A stretch of 63,762 nt of DNA, counting the filler, from Octopus bimaculoides (lineage: Eukaryota): assembly GCF_001194135.2 (NCBI RefSeq). It is 4 parts of 3 records of this genome, joined end to end, with 100 filler letters (N's around TTAATTAATTAA, not from the genome) between each part and the next. Parts side by side here need not be neighbours in the genome. Positions count along the whole stretch, not along the records: positions 61,632 to 63,762 come from NW_026299022.1; 3 more parts are not named here. One strand, written 5' to 3'. The notes beneath the pieces are model-generated. The model did not search any database, was not told the DNA's origin, and worked only from the letters and a program-made list of their open reading frames with translations. Positions 63,088 through 63,762 of the stretch are shown here, piece by piece. A program made the translations under genes and the position numbers. The number at the start of each line of letters is the position of its first letter. The stretch's first letter is position 1.

Positions 63088-63762
63088 GGTTGAAGTTACC
63101 GAAAAAAGACGCACAAAATAATGCCATCAGTCTAATAATATAAAATAAAATACAACTGAACATGAATCGAATGATGAAAATGTCACCAAAAATAAATACG
63201 TTATATTTTTTTTGAAGAAAAAGAAAAAAATCTCTAAAGCATTGAACCTGTAAAAATAAACCCGCAAAAATAGAATAATAGAATTATGTAAATCAGGAGA
63301 TTTCAAAAATAGACAATGACGAAGGAAAATCAAACAAAACGTTCCAAAATAAAGACGTCAAATAGTTAAGTGGAAGTCAATATGCTTAAAAAAATATACA
63401 TATATGCATATATATATATGTGTGTGTACTTGTGTGTTTGTGGGTGTATGTGCATGTGTGTGTATGTGTGTGTTTGTTGGTGTGTGTACGCGCGTGTGTA
63501 TGTGGATGTATATAAATATATATATACATATATATATACATATATATGACCGCAGCCACTTGGCTGAAACACATAAATAAATAAATAAATAAATACATAT
63601 ATATATATATATATATGTATGAATACATATACGGTTTTGGGGATATGTATATTTATACATATAGATATAAATATATATACGTATATACATACACGGATAT
63701 ATATATACATATATCTATATACAAACACACACACATATATATATATATATATGTATATATAT

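Overview
AT-rich, microsatellite-dense, gap-ridden animal genomic DNA. The tRNA-derived SINE families, TTAGGG repeats and dinucleotide/(AAT)n density look like a cephalopod (octopus-type) draft assembly, which is an inference. The only host gene I can support is the 3' part of a cytochrome P450 on the minus strand: three GT-AG exons at 49918-49996, 43982-44179 and 41564-41701, carrying the PERW motif and the heme motif PFGFGARACVG. Its exon sizes and phases match the mitochondrial CYP clan; the 5' exons were not found and lie in gaps or outside the window. Most of the rest is transposon debris: three SINE families (over 25 copies), at least seven fragments of restriction-like-endonuclease (RLE) LINEs sitting in (TAA)n arrays, CR1-like LINE remnants, Tc1/mariner remnants, several MITEs and a probable decayed Gypsy integrase. 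The most interesting signals are (1) a short Penelope-like, fold-back element at three loci carrying a candidate non-canonical minimal hammerhead ribozyme (YUGANAN core, covarying stem II, palindromic stem III), and (2) a symmetric fold-back element inside the P450 intron with perfect 72-bp arms around back-to-back telomeric repeats. Most long ORFs in the supplied track are microsatellite or N-gap artefacts. Repeat boundaries were read by eye and are approximate.
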